The notes under the pieces: generated by a model
Told to the model about the DNA's origin: nothing
Seen by the model: only the letters and a program-made list of their open reading frames with translations
Databases searched by the model: none
Program-made: the position numbers and the translations under genes
Part shown: positions 1 through 9,859 of the stretch, one piece after another
How positions within the stretch are numbered: the stretch's first letter is position 1
Layout of the letters: every line of letters starts with the position of its first letter
Assembly (NCBI GenBank): GCA_043821365.1
Contig: JBDRCX010000006.1
Location: 480,001-544,000 of the forward strand
Reading direction: 5' to 3'
Source of the DNA: Candidatus Micrarchaeota archaeon
Lineage (GTDB): Archaea > Micrarchaeota > Micrarchaeia > Anstonellales > Bilamarchaeaceae
Length of the DNA stretch: 64,000 nucleotides

Positions 1-350
1 TCATTATTTTTCTCTCTTGGTATATGTTCAAACGAAACCTTTATCCCGACACAGAGGTGGTCAACATGTTTTTTCAATAGAATAAGTTCTGGGTCCTTTA
101 CCTTGTACTGGTTGTTTAACTGTCTTATTGCAAGTTCACTATCACTTTTTATGTGAACTTCCATCTCACCCATATTATGAGCTGTTTCAAGTGCTTTTAT
201 TATTGCTTTATACTCTGCAATATTATTCGTTCCTTCACCCAAATATTCACTAAGCTGTTCAACTACAAAACCATCTTTTATTAGCACAACTCCTATTCCC
301 ATCGGACCTGGATTTCCGCTTGATGCACCATCGGTAAAAGCTATTATCAT
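1..350 (-). CDS. rnhA: Ribonuclease HI (3' end runs off the window)
   Basis: Not in the ORF track. Manual translation from ATG at 350: MIIAFTDGASSGNPGPIGIG...TNNIAEY...KSDSEL...FEHIPREKNN, showing RNase H type 1 catalytic D/E/D motifs. Confidence 0.9.
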   Translation of the reverse strand, partial: MIIAFTDGASSGNPGPMGIGVVLIKDGFVVEQLSEYLGEGTNNIAEYKAIIKALETAHNMGEMEVHIKSDSELAIRQLNNQYKVKDPELILLKKHVDHLCVGIKVSFEHIPREKNN

Positions 351-403
351 GTTTAAACTATCGACTAATCTGTTTTTAATTTGCATTATCCTACAACCAC
401 ATT

Positions 404-895
404 ATGGAAGAAATTGAATTTACAAATGATTTTCTTATACTAAGAAACAAATCACTCATACTTAAGTTAAGAAGTCTTGGTGCAGGTATAGAGGAAAGAG
501 AAGAAACAAAAATTACCTATCTTGAAGCAGCATATTTTGCTGATAGAAAAGTTTTGCCCATAGATAAAGAAAAATTACTTGAACATGCAGGAAAACAAGA
601 CAAACTATCTAAGGAAAAATATACAGTAATCAAATATCTGAGAGACCGGGGCTACATAGTAAGGCCTAGTTTGGATGGAACACCCTATTTGAGACTTCAT
701 AGAAAAGGATATCGTCCAGGAGAAGATAAAACATATTATCTGATACATGTTGTGCAAAAGGATTGGAAAGCAAGCATGGAAAATCTGATTCTTCCTCTTG
801 AAGCTGCAAGCAGATTACGTAAGGAGCTGGCAATTGCTGTTGTTGATGGTGAAGAACCAAGATTCTTGAAATTTGCCAGATTGAATTTTGACTAA
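404..895 (+). CDS. endA: tRNA-splicing endonuclease family subunit, probably structural (non-catalytic)
   Basis: YLRDRGYIV and RKELAIAVVD motifs of EndA; catalytic Tyr and His positions appear substituted. Confidence 0.8.
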   Translation: MEEIEFTNDFLILRNKSLILKLRSLGAGIEEREETKITYLEAAYFADRKVLPIDKEKLLEHAGKQDKLSKEKYTVIKYLRDRGYIVRPSLDGTPYLRLHRKGYRPGEDKTYYLIHVVQKDWKASMENLILPLEAASRLRKELAIAVVDGEEPRFLKFARLNFD

Positions 896-1001
896 AACAC
901 AGATTTATATATTCTATCATTGTTATAGTAAATTAGATTTGGTGTAAAAATGCTGGAGCATTTTTACTGCATCAAAATCTGAATTTTGATATGGTGTTAG
1001 A

Positions 1002-1451
1002 ATGACTGATATCGCACAATATGCACATTTAATAGTTGGAGCAAGAGTGGACCACTTTAAGGGAGCTGCAATAGGAGTTGCTTTTTTTCCAGATCCACCA
1101 GATAGAAAAACACTTACAAGAATGGGGTTCAACGTTGTCCAGACGATGGAACGTGTTCTAGTTGATGTTGATGCAGCTAAAGATGGTGCAGCGCAGGTTC
1201 CAAAAGAACCAACATTATTTTTCTTTGAAAGAGGCCCAAACAACCAAACCACATTTATAGCAAAACTAGAACCAGATGGTTCAATTGGTTCTGTAAAAAA
1301 AGAAGATCTTGGTCCATGCCATGTTATTCCAAGACTTTGTGGCAGCCAAGCTGAGAGATTAATTCCAAAACCTACTGGTCCCCAATTAGCCGATGCAAAA
1401 AAACTCGGGACTAAACCAGCAGGACAAAACGGACAAAGATTGCGCCGCTAG
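1002..1451 (+). CDS. Hypothetical protein with basic/Pro-rich C-terminal tail
   Basis: 149-aa ORF filling the gap between endA and the ATPase gene; no motif recognised. Confidence 0.6.
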   Translation: MTDIAQYAHLIVGARVDHFKGAAIGVAFFPDPPDRKTLTRMGFNVVQTMERVLVDVDAAKDGAAQVPKEPTLFFFERGPNNQTTFIAKLEPDGSIGSVKKEDLGPCHVIPRLCGSQAERLIPKPTGPQLADAKKLGTKPAGQNGQRLRR

Positions 1452-1482
1452 ACTTTTTAATTTCCCTTTCTAATTACTATTA

Positions 1483-2994
1483 ATGGAAGACTCCCTAGGA
1501 ATTATATTAGCTACTGAAGAATCCCCTTCGACTTCTGAATTTTCTTTTGTAGTCAAAGAGAAAAATATCAAAAAAGGGCAGTATGTGCAAGTTAAGCATT
1601 CAAATGGAATTCTTTTTGGTTTTATCTCAGAAGTTTTCAAATCAAACAGATATTTTGAACGTGCAGAAAGTGTTGCTGAATTTGAAAAAACAACATCAAT
1701 TCCATCTCAGTTTCCATCTGATTCATGGGAGTATGTTATCGGTGTTGTAAAAATTCTTGGTGTTTTTGATAATGAAAAATTCCAGCGTTCATTTACCCCA
1801 CCGTCACCAGGTGCAACAGTAAAACTAGCAGACAATGATTTACTCAAAAAATTCCTTGGTTTTCAGGATGATGGCATCCACATTGGATCAATAGAGCATC
1901 ATAATGTTGACGCAAAACTTTCAATGACTAAACTTCTCCAGAAGCACTTTGCAATTCTAGCGATGAGCGGTGCAGGTAAATCTCATCTTGCCAGCGTTTT
2001 ATTAGAAGAATTATTATTACGAGAAAAACAAGAGGGTAGGGTTGCAGTTGTTATCATCGATCTTCACGGTGAATATTGTGGTTTTTCACATGATTCTGTT
2101 TTTGGTTCAAAAACAAAAATAGTTGAAGGAAGTGAAATAAAATTTCCATTGAAAAAACTCTCATCTGAAATAATAAGTGGTTGGCTTCCCTATTTATCAG
2201 CACCTCAAAGAGATGTTCTAAGACATGCTCTGGTCAAATTAAAACAAGATAAAACAAATTCAGAAGGATATGGTTTCAAGGATCTTATTTCTGTTATTGA
2301 CTCTACTGATGTTTCAAAAGAAGAAGTGAAAAGAGCGCTTAAACGCAGTTTAAGTGAATTGAAGCGTTATCGTTTTATTTCAAAGAAAATTGAAAATCCA
2401 AAACTTCTATCAGATGTAAAACCTGGCCATATGCTTATTCTTGATTTCAATTCAATTGACTCTTTGAGAAAAAAACAAATCTTAGTTTCACTTGTTGCCC
2501 GTAGACTTTTCAGCTTGAGAAAAAAAGGCAAAATTCCTCCATTTTTGCTATTAATTGAAGAAGCACACAATTTCGCAAAAGAAAAGGCAGAAGAAAGTGC
2601 AGCAGTTTCAAGAAGCATAATAGAAACAATTGCAAGAGAAGGGAGGAAATTTGGTGCATCATTGTGTTTGATCAGCCAAAGACCAGTGAATTTGAGTACA
2701 ACTGCACTGAGCCAATGCAACACTCATATAATTTTACGTGTGACAAATCCAAATGATCTTGATCATATCCAAATGAGTTCTGAAGGTATTGATTCACGAG
2801 TTGCAAAAAGTATAACTGGACTTAAAGTTGGTGAAGCAATTGTTGTTGGAGAAGCAGTTAACTATCCTATTTTTGTAAGCGTTCGTGATAGGAAATCAAT
2901 TAAAAGAGAAAAAGGCGCACCTCTTCACATACAGGCAAAAGAATTTGAAGAAAAACAGGAAAAAAAGGAAAAAAACGTTGAAGCATTTTTGTGA
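1483..2994 (+). CDS. HerA-like (DUF87) P-loop ATPase with N-terminal HAS barrel
   Basis: Walker A AMSGAGKS, Walker B LLIEEAHNF, REGRKFG and ISQRP motifs. Confidence 0.9.
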   Translation: MEDSLGIILATEESPSTSEFSFVVKEKNIKKGQYVQVKHSNGILFGFISEVFKSNRYFERAESVAEFEKTTSIPSQFPSDSWEYVIGVVKILGVFDNEKFQRSFTPPSPGATVKLADNDLLKKFLGFQDDGIHIGSIEHHNVDAKLSMTKLLQKHFAILAMSGAGKSHLASVLLEELLLREKQEGRVAVVIIDLHGEYCGFSHDSVFGSKTKIVEGSEIKFPLKKLSSEIISGWLPYLSAPQRDVLRHALVKLKQDKTNSEGYGFKDLISVIDSTDVSKEEVKRALKRSLSELKRYRFISKKIENPKLLSDVKPGHMLILDFNSIDSLRKKQILVSLVARRLFSLRKKGKIPPFLLLIEEAHNFAKEKAEESAAVSRSIIETIAREGRKFGASLCLISQRPVNLSTTALSQCNTHIILRVTNPNDLDHIQMSSEGIDSRVAKSITGLKVGEAIVVGEAVNYPIFVSVRDRKSIKREKGAPLHIQAKEFEEKQEKKEKNVEAFL

Positions 2995-3032
2995 ATCAAT
3001 AATATAAACTTTATTACACTAAGTATAACAAC

Positions 3033-3827
3033 ATGCGCAAAAGATTAGTCATACCAGAACGTCCACGTGATACACTGTCAGATGCATCCTTTACAACTTC
3101 AATTGCTGGTTATACTGGTTCTAGGAGAAAAACAACAAGCATGCGCAAAACTTTTGGTATTTTCGATCCACTGGCATTTGGAAAACCACTACCTCTTAAT
3201 TCTCGGGTTGAACCAGAAGAACAGTTGCCAGATCGTCGTCTTCTTTATCGTGCATCTTATTTGGAAGGTTTTGTCGAAACAGAAATGCCTGGTTTTGTAG
3301 AGTTTACAAGAGATGGTCCAAAGGTTTTTACAATTGGGAAAGAAGGGGTAGCTCAACTTTATCCACACGATCTCCCAACAAATCTATTTGTTTCTCTAAA
3401 TCCAAAACTTGCAATGCTTTATGCTCAAGATCCACTTCTTTCCAGAAGAATCTGCTCTATGTTGCTTGCAACCAGTTCCCGTCCATTTGCAACATTTCTA
3501 ACAACTTCATTTGGATTACACGAAGATCATTCTAAATTTTTCATTGCATTATCAGATATTACTGATTTTCATCCTGTTGTTAGGCTTTCGATGAGAAATG
3601 CATCGTTCACTCTTGTACCTAGTCGTAATGATGCCAGTGCTCTTCACTGGGAAGGCAGGGCAGTTTTTTCATCACAAGTTGCATTTACGGTTGGTAGGGA
3701 GATCTATATATATCAAGAATTTGATCAATCAGCTGTTTCTTATTATTTAGGTAGTGGTGAGAATGTATTACGTTATCGTAGTCTGTATTTTGGACTATCT
3801 CACGATGGTAGACTATACATAAACTAA
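3033..3827 (+). CDS. Hypothetical protein
   Basis: 264-aa ORF, no recognisable motif. Confidence 0.6.
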   Translation: MRKRLVIPERPRDTLSDASFTTSIAGYTGSRRKTTSMRKTFGIFDPLAFGKPLPLNSRVEPEEQLPDRRLLYRASYLEGFVETEMPGFVEFTRDGPKVFTIGKEGVAQLYPHDLPTNLFVSLNPKLAMLYAQDPLLSRRICSMLLATSSRPFATFLTTSFGLHEDHSKFFIALSDITDFHPVVRLSMRNASFTLVPSRNDASALHWEGRAVFSSQVAFTVGREIYIYQEFDQSAVSYYLGSGENVLRYRSLYFGLSHDGRLYIN

Positions 3828-3877
3828 GTTTGGCACTAGAAGAGCAAATTTTTAATCCTTAATCAAGATATAAGCAC

Positions 3878-4684
3878 ATGCTCGGCAGATCTATAATATT
3901 CGTTTTACTTGCGTGTTCACTGTCTTTTGCACTTAATATTGTTTCACCCAGTTCTCATGCTATCGAAGATAGGGACATTATTGATCTCGGAACAATCGGT
4001 CCTGGTCAAACAGTTTCTATTCTCATTGATCCAAAAGTGAGCGATGGTGGTATTTTTGGCTCTGGTGGATTATACGACCAAGCAGTTGTAACTGATCTTC
4101 CAGCTGGGTGGGAAAGCACTGAAAGTAAGTTATATCAAAACCCACTTCAAGTTACAATAACTGCCGATCCCAATGCCCCAGAAGGGGATTATGCAATAAC
4201 TCTTGTAGCAATAGATGAAGCCAATGGTGAAAAATTAGGCAACGTTACTTTCTATGCAAAAGTCAGAATCACTTGGGATGTTATGGATTTTGAAGTTTCA
4301 CCATCCTATCTTGTAGCTGGTCCAGGTCAGCCAGCAAGGTTTGAAATAAAAATTACCAATCTTGGTTCAACAAGCGATGTTTTCCAAGTAAGTTCAGTTG
4401 GCTCAAAAAGATGGGAATTCAAAAAACCAATTTTTGTACCTGCACAATCATCCAAAACAATTTTTTATGAAGTTGTTGGAACTGAGGAAGAAACCTACCA
4501 AACATCAATCAAAGTTGTTTCTCTTGCAAGTGACAATATCGCAAGTGAAAAAAACGTTACAATGTTTGTAAGGTCAGATCTTCTTGGTGATTATAAAGCA
4601 ACAAACAATGGTGTGTTAGTATTCCCGATATTTGAATCACTTACCTATTCACTAGCTGGTTTATTGTCAAATTTCTTAGGCTGA
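3878..4684 (+). CDS. Secreted/surface protein with Ig-like beta-sandwich domains
   Basis: N-terminal signal peptide; beta-rich segments (APEGDYAITL, ITNLGSTSDVF); hydrophobic C-terminus. Confidence 0.6.
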   Translation: MLGRSIIFVLLACSLSFALNIVSPSSHAIEDRDIIDLGTIGPGQTVSILIDPKVSDGGIFGSGGLYDQAVVTDLPAGWESTESKLYQNPLQVTITADPNAPEGDYAITLVAIDEANGEKLGNVTFYAKVRITWDVMDFEVSPSYLVAGPGQPARFEIKITNLGSTSDVFQVSSVGSKRWEFKKPIFVPAQSSKTIFYEVVGTEEETYQTSIKVVSLASDNIASEKNVTMFVRSDLLGDYKATNNGVLVFPIFESLTYSLAGLLSNFLG

Positions 4685-4727
4685 TTCTTTTTTATGTGCT
4701 CATGCACTAAATAAAAGATGTGAAGTA

Positions 4728-6269
4728 ATGCATACCAAATCTCAAAAACAGGATAGAGAAAGTGCTGTTGATTTTATTATAAAAAAAATACTCGAAGGTG
4801 AGCGTAAGCTTGATAAATTAAAACGCCAGGCATCGCACATGTTCCATTGTTCATCATTAATAAAAAACCCAGAAATTTTAGAAAGATTTCCAAAAAATAA
4901 ACTAACAAAAGAAATCCAATTACTTCTTATAAAAAAACCCACTAGAACACTTTCTGGTGTGACTCCAATTGCAGTAATGATCAAGCCCCAGGGTTCCTGT
5001 TCTTATAATTGCATTTATTGTCCCATGCCAGACCTTGCTGCTAAAAGCTATACTGGTTTTGAACCAGCTGCTCTTCGTGCAAGGCAGTATGGTTTTGATC
5101 CATATATGCAGGCATTGAGTAGGGTGGAACAGTTTGAAGGCGGAGGTCATTCAACTGATAAATGCGAAGTTATTGTTATGGGCGGAACGTTCCTCCAGAT
5201 GAATCCAACTTATAAAAAAAGTTTCATAAAAGGAATCTATGATGGTTTGAATGGTTTTAAGTCACAATCCCTTGCCTCTGCAATGAAACATAATGAAACT
5301 GCAAAACACAGGGCAATCGGTCTTACAATAGAAACACGGCCAGATGTTTGTACAAAATATATCAATGAAATGCTATCATATGGTGCAACAAGAGTTGAAC
5401 TTGGAGTGCAACATCCAGATGATAAAATTTATGCTTTAGTTCAAAGGGGACACAAAGTTAAGGATGTTACTGATTCCACTAAAAAACTAAAAGATTCTGC
5501 TTTTAAGGTTCTTTATCATATCATGCCAGGGCTTCCTGGCTCCAGTCCAAAAAAAGATATTAAATTCGTAAAAAAATTATTTGCTGACGAAAATTTCAGA
5601 CCAGATATGCTGAAAATATACCCAACTCTTGTTGTTGGCGGAACAAAACTCGAAAGAATGGCAAAATCAGGAAAATACATTCCCTATTCTGCAGAAGAAG
5701 CTGCTGATATTATTTCTGAGTTCTATCGTTATATCCCAAATTATGTGAGAGTGATGCGTATCCAGAGGGATATACCATCACCAAAAATACAATCTGGTGT
5801 CAAAAAAAGCAATTTACGTGAACTTGTTGAAGCTAAAATTAGAGAGAAGAAAATAATTCCTAATGAAATTCGCTATCGCGAAGTTGGTTTACAAAAAAGA
5901 AAACTAGATCTTTCAGATTTTGAGCTAAAAATAACTGAATACAAAGCAAATGGTGGAAAGGAATTTTTTATTTCTTATGAGAATGAAGGTATTCTAGCAG
6001 GTTTTATTCGCCTGAGATTTCCAAAAAATTCATCAGCCTTAATTCGCGAACTTCATGTTTATGGGGCAGAAGTTCCACTTGATGGTGAAGGTAAAGTACA
6101 GCACATGGGTTTTGGTAATAATCTTTTGAAAAAAGCAGAAGAAATCTCCCAGGATAACAATAAAGATGAAATTTTGATAATTAGTGGGGTTGGGGTTAGG
6201 GAATATTACAGAAAAAAAGGTTACACTCTTTCAAAAACATACATGAGAAAAAAATTACCCCTTCACTGA
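4728..6269 (+). CDS. elp3: tRNA uridine(34) acetyltransferase Elp3 (radical SAM + GNAT)
   Basis: CSYNCIYCP cluster motif, TIETRPD, RVELGVQ, LKIYPTLV, IRELHVYG, QHMGFG. Confidence 0.95.
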   Translation: MHTKSQKQDRESAVDFIIKKILEGERKLDKLKRQASHMFHCSSLIKNPEILERFPKNKLTKEIQLLLIKKPTRTLSGVTPIAVMIKPQGSCSYNCIYCPMPDLAAKSYTGFEPAALRARQYGFDPYMQALSRVEQFEGGGHSTDKCEVIVMGGTFLQMNPTYKKSFIKGIYDGLNGFKSQSLASAMKHNETAKHRAIGLTIETRPDVCTKYINEMLSYGATRVELGVQHPDDKIYALVQRGHKVKDVTDSTKKLKDSAFKVLYHIMPGLPGSSPKKDIKFVKKLFADENFRPDMLKIYPTLVVGGTKLERMAKSGKYIPYSAEEAADIISEFYRYIPNYVRVMRIQRDIPSPKIQSGVKKSNLRELVEAKIREKKIIPNEIRYREVGLQKRKLDLSDFELKITEYKANGGKEFFISYENEGILAGFIRLRFPKNSSALIRELHVYGAEVPLDGEGKVQHMGFGNNLLKKAEEISQDNNKDEILIISGVGVREYYRKKGYTLSKTYMRKKLPLH

Positions 6270-7058
6270 AATTTTTTCCTCTTCCCAATATTCTTTGAGG
6301 AGCTCATCTTGTTGTTTTAACAAACCAAGATAATCTTTTTGCAATGTGCTAAAATGTCCTTCTTCTTCATCACCAAAAATCCGGATTTGTCTTTCAGCAT
6401 TTTTTAGCTGTATCTTGGCGTTGATTTCACTTATTCTTTTCAAATTCTCTTGAATTTCTATAAGTGCTTTTGGATTTATCCACACAGTTCTGTTTGATAT
6501 CTCGACTTTAACCTCGTTTTCTACTGTCTGGGTTGGCATATAATCTTTTTCAAAATCTGCTAAACCAAGTCCGCATCGTTTCATTATTTGCACAAGTTTC
6601 TTTTTGTCTGTTTCAGTGATTGATTCTACTTTCAATGGTTTTGCAAGACATCCAGCTGCAATAACATCAAGAACGGCTTTCCTCTCCTCAGTGTTCATCT
6701 TTGCTGCTATTAAGCATAATTTGGCTATTTCAAATCTGTTCTCATAATTTGTTTTGACTATTACTCCTCTTTCTTGAAGGATGTCATAAGCTTTTCCTTC
6801 TTTTGTTTTGATTGAATCTTTTATCTCTTCCTTTGTAAATCCGCTCAAAACCTTTGCCAATGCATCAAGTTTTCTCTGGTGTGGGTAAATAAGTTCTATA
6901 TTGCAGCTTTTTGCTTTGGCCATCAATTTTGCCCAATTAGCTTCAACTGACTTTAATTCGTGGGAGTCATCACAGTAAATATTTTTTTTGAACTCTAGTT
7001 CGGCCTTCTTCTTACTTAATTCGATGAGTCTTCCTATATCGCGGGCCGTTAGTTCCAT
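6255..7058 (-). CDS. Hypothetical coiled-coil protein
   Basis: 267-aa charged helical ORF overlapping the 3' end of the upstream protease gene. Confidence 0.6.
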   Translation of the reverse strand: MELTARDIGRLIELSKKKAELEFKKNIYCDDSHELKSVEANWAKLMAKAKSCNIELIYPHQRKLDALAKVLSGFTKEEIKDSIKTKEGKAYDILQERGVIVKTNYENRFEIAKLCLIAAKMNTEERKAVLDVIAAGCLAKPLKVESITETDKKKLVQIMKRCGLGLADFEKDYMPTQTVENEVKVEISNRTVWINPKALIEIQENLKRISEINAKIQLKNAERQIRIFGDEEEGHFSTLQKDYLGLLKQQDELLKEYWEEEKISVKG

Positions 7059-8670
7059 GTGATCTCCTTTTGGTTATAATTACTATAACAATAAATAAAA
7101 ATGCCATCCCAACAACAATCGGGGCATAACATTGGCTAATTTCCTCTTCAATCTCTATTATCTTCATTTTTCCTTCCATTTCAGTTGTTATCAAATCTAA
7201 TTCTTTTGCAAGTCTTGCTGTTCTATAAGCTAGTGAAGTTTGGTTCTGTGTATAAAAGTATGCAGCATGGGATTGGTATACATTTCCCCATAATGAGTTT
7301 CTGGTTTCATTCACTATTGATAGGCTTACATTATCTAAAACATCTTCTGATTGGACAATTACAAAAACTGCGTCGTAAATTGCAGCACCATACTCACCAT
7401 CCTGGAAAGCTTCTTCTGCAATTTCAAGTCTATCTTCAAGATTGCTTTCAAGACTTTGAATGTTTGAAGCCTCATTTAGTTTTCTCTCTGCAATATCTTT
7501 CCATTCGCTTTCATCTATTTTGTTTCCACTTTCATTGGTTGAATTCAGAAGACCTTTTGCAACTTCACACCATGCTTGAGCATACATAATGTCATTATAT
7601 GCAATGTACTTTTCTTCCTCAAGAAGATTATCTATTTCTGTATTTTCTAATTTATTCTGTGCCCAGTTCTGGCGTAAATCCGCTCCAATAACCCACTGAA
7701 AATTACTATCAGTGATGGTTGGTCTTTCTATATCACCAAGACACTCACTAATATCATCAACTTTCTCATCAAGATCCACATTTCCTTCAATTGTTGCATA
7801 TATTGTCCACAAATCAATATAATTTAGGAATGCTTCATTTGCAGCTGTGAACAAATATCCTTTTTCTAAAATTGCATTTTGTCTAAGAACCTCATTTTCA
7901 AAAAAACTTTTTATGATGGCAGTTTCATTATCATTTGCAGTGATATTTGCAACAAGTTGTTCTTCAAGATCAATCATTCTTTCTGCAACTTTTTCAAATT
8001 CCTTCATATTTGAATAATTGTAATATGGTACTTCTGGTATCTCTCTTTTCTTTGATGATAATTCTACTTCTTCTATTGTTTCATTGTAAAAAACAAATCC
8101 AATAATCTCATCCATGCTTTTTGCTTGTAACACTGTCAGATTAAGTTGTTCTTTCAAATCCTTTAGTAAAAATGTTTCATAGAGGTCTTCTTCTGGTGTT
8201 ATGAAGTATTTTGCACCTATTGTGGAAGCTCCTTTTGCCTTTTCATAGAGTCCGCCTACAGCACCAACATTGCCAAATATATCTACTGTTCCTGTTATCA
8301 TTGTGTCTTCCCTAAGTTCGATATTTTTGAACAATGAATATGCCATTATGCTGAACGAAGCTCCTCCGCTTGGTCCCTCTATAAGATTTCCTCCTTTGTC
8401 TGGGAAATTAACATAAACATTACAGTTTTCGTTTGAGTTGGATGCTTTTTTTGCATAGGTGATTGCATCTTCTATTGATTTTTGTGTACTAACACCTATC
8501 TTCGGAGTTATTGTTACATAGGTGTCACCTGATCCCTGTGCAAGCGACATGGTTACCTGAACAAGGTCTCCATCGTCTCCAACAACAGCTGGTATGTAGT
8601 GTGAAACCTCCCCACTACACGATGCAAAAGCAAGTGAGAGCATCCCAATTAAAAGTAGAAAAAATCGCAT
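7012..8670 (-). CDS. Secreted, membrane-anchored S16 (Lon-like proteolytic domain) serine protease without AAA module
   Basis: Signal peptide; IEGPSGG (catalytic Ser), MITGTV, VGAVGGLYEKAKGA (catalytic Lys); C-terminal TM helix. Confidence 0.85.
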   Translation of the reverse strand: MRFFLLLIGMLSLAFASCSGEVSHYIPAVVGDDGDLVQVTMSLAQGSGDTYVTITPKIGVSTQKSIEDAITYAKKASNSNENCNVYVNFPDKGGNLIEGPSGGASFSIMAYSLFKNIELREDTMITGTVDIFGNVGAVGGLYEKAKGASTIGAKYFITPEEDLYETFLLKDLKEQLNLTVLQAKSMDEIIGFVFYNETIEEVELSSKKREIPEVPYYNYSNMKEFEKVAERMIDLEEQLVANITANDNETAIIKSFFENEVLRQNAILEKGYLFTAANEAFLNYIDLWTIYATIEGNVDLDEKVDDISECLGDIERPTITDSNFQWVIGADLRQNWAQNKLENTEIDNLLEEEKYIAYNDIMYAQAWCEVAKGLLNSTNESGNKIDESEWKDIAERKLNEASNIQSLESNLEDRLEIAEEAFQDGEYGAAIYDAVFVIVQSEDVLDNVSLSIVNETRNSLWGNVYQSHAAYFYTQNQTSLAYRTARLAKELDLITTEMEGKMKIIEIEEEISQCYAPIVVGMAFLFIVIVIITKRRSHGTNGPRYRKTHRIK

Positions 8671-8721
8671 GTTATTTTCTTTTGGGTTATATTAATAAAT
8701 TAATCATCGTGATTATCATCT

Positions 8722-9222
8722 ATGGATAGCAGTCTTAAGAAAAAACTAATTGCCCTCCGGACCAGAATCCGCAAGCTTGACAGCGCAGTTATTGCATTTT
8801 CTGGAAGGCTTGACAGTACATTTCTTATGCGAATTTGTCGTGATGAACTTGGTGATAGGGCAGTTGCAGTTACATCTATTTCAGATGATTATCCAAGTTC
8901 AGAGTTAGTAATTGCAAAACGAATCGCAAAAATAATTGGCATAAAACACATTTTTCTTGATAATTCAGAAAGAGTATATCACAGTCCAAGAGTCTATAGT
9001 AATATGAAAAGTCTTGCAATGCGTATGCAATTTAAACATGTTGTGGACGGTTCTCATCGCGATGATGCAAAACGTCGAAATGCAAAATTCCTTGCTGCAA
9101 GAAGAGCACGAGTAAAGAGTCCGCTTCTTGAAACAAATCTTTCAAAAGCAGAAATAATGTTACTTGCAAAAGAATTGGGACTTCCTAATTTTGACAAAAA
9201 AAGAATCAAGAAAAAGAAATAG
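8722..9222 (+). CDS. Truncated LarE/PP-loop family protein
   Basis: VIAFSGRLDSTFL, LGDRAVAVT, VVDGS and VKSPLLE...SKAEI...AKELGLP match the LarE N-terminal half; only 166 aa. Confidence 0.7.
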   Translation: MDSSLKKKLIALRTRIRKLDSAVIAFSGRLDSTFLMRICRDELGDRAVAVTSISDDYPSSELVIAKRIAKIIGIKHIFLDNSERVYHSPRVYSNMKSLAMRMQFKHVVDGSHRDDAKRRNAKFLAARRARVKSPLLETNLSKAEIMLLAKELGLPNFDKKRIKKKK

Positions 9223-9813
9223 TTATTCCTTAGGGATATTTTTTTCTGGTTTGCCAAGTTTTTTGAATGCCATAATGCCTTTTTCTGTTCTTGAGAACTG
9301 GTAGTTTTCAGATAGGTATAATTTTTCTAATTGGCTTCCTGTTTCTGTTATATAATCAGCAATGTTACCTTTTGGTATGTCCTCATATAAATATCCCATG
9401 ACATATTCGTGTCCTGAAGCAGAAGCTTCTTTTTCTCTTTCTATGAGAAGAATTCTTCTTACTCCTCTTCCTTCATATGCTAACAATACTGCAGGGTCTT
9501 CAAGATAAAGTGCATTTGGCTGGTTGTTTGTTATCTTCATTTCCTTTACATCTAAGTAAGCTGGCCAGCTTAGCCCAACCCCTATAATCATACGATTTAC
9601 TGTTGCTCCAAAACTCTTCCCATATTGTAAGATATTCCCAACTTCAGCTTCTGTTACATCAAAAGCACATTTTCTCATTATTTTTACACTTTCTTCAACA
9701 TCATCCATGGTAAGCCTTTTTACCTCTATCTCATCCTCAGACATGAGGTTAATGAATCTTTTTTTAGGAGCTTCAATCTCCTTTTTTTTATCTGCCTGTT
9801 TGAATGATTCCAT
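9223..9813 (-). CDS. GNAT-fold acetyltransferase-like protein
   Basis: LYLEDPAVLLAYEGRGVRRILL resembles GNAT motif A. Confidence 0.55.
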   Translation of the reverse strand: MESFKQADKKKEIEAPKKRFINLMSEDEIEVKRLTMDDVEESVKIMRKCAFDVTEAEVGNILQYGKSFGATVNRMIIGVGLSWPAYLDVKEMKITNNQPNALYLEDPAVLLAYEGRGVRRILLIEREKEASASGHEYVMGYLYEDIPKGNIADYITETGSQLEKLYLSENYQFSRTEKGIMAFKKLGKPEKNIPKE

Positions 9814-9859
9814 TTTTTATCCCTTGTTTTTGTTTGTTGAAATTCGCTTTTGGTTGTTG

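Noticed and set aside
1483-2994. Calling this ATPase the VirB4/CedB motor of the membrane operon
   Set aside because: It is 7 kb away on the other strand with unrelated genes between, and has a HAS barrel without TM. Kept only as a low-interest possibility.
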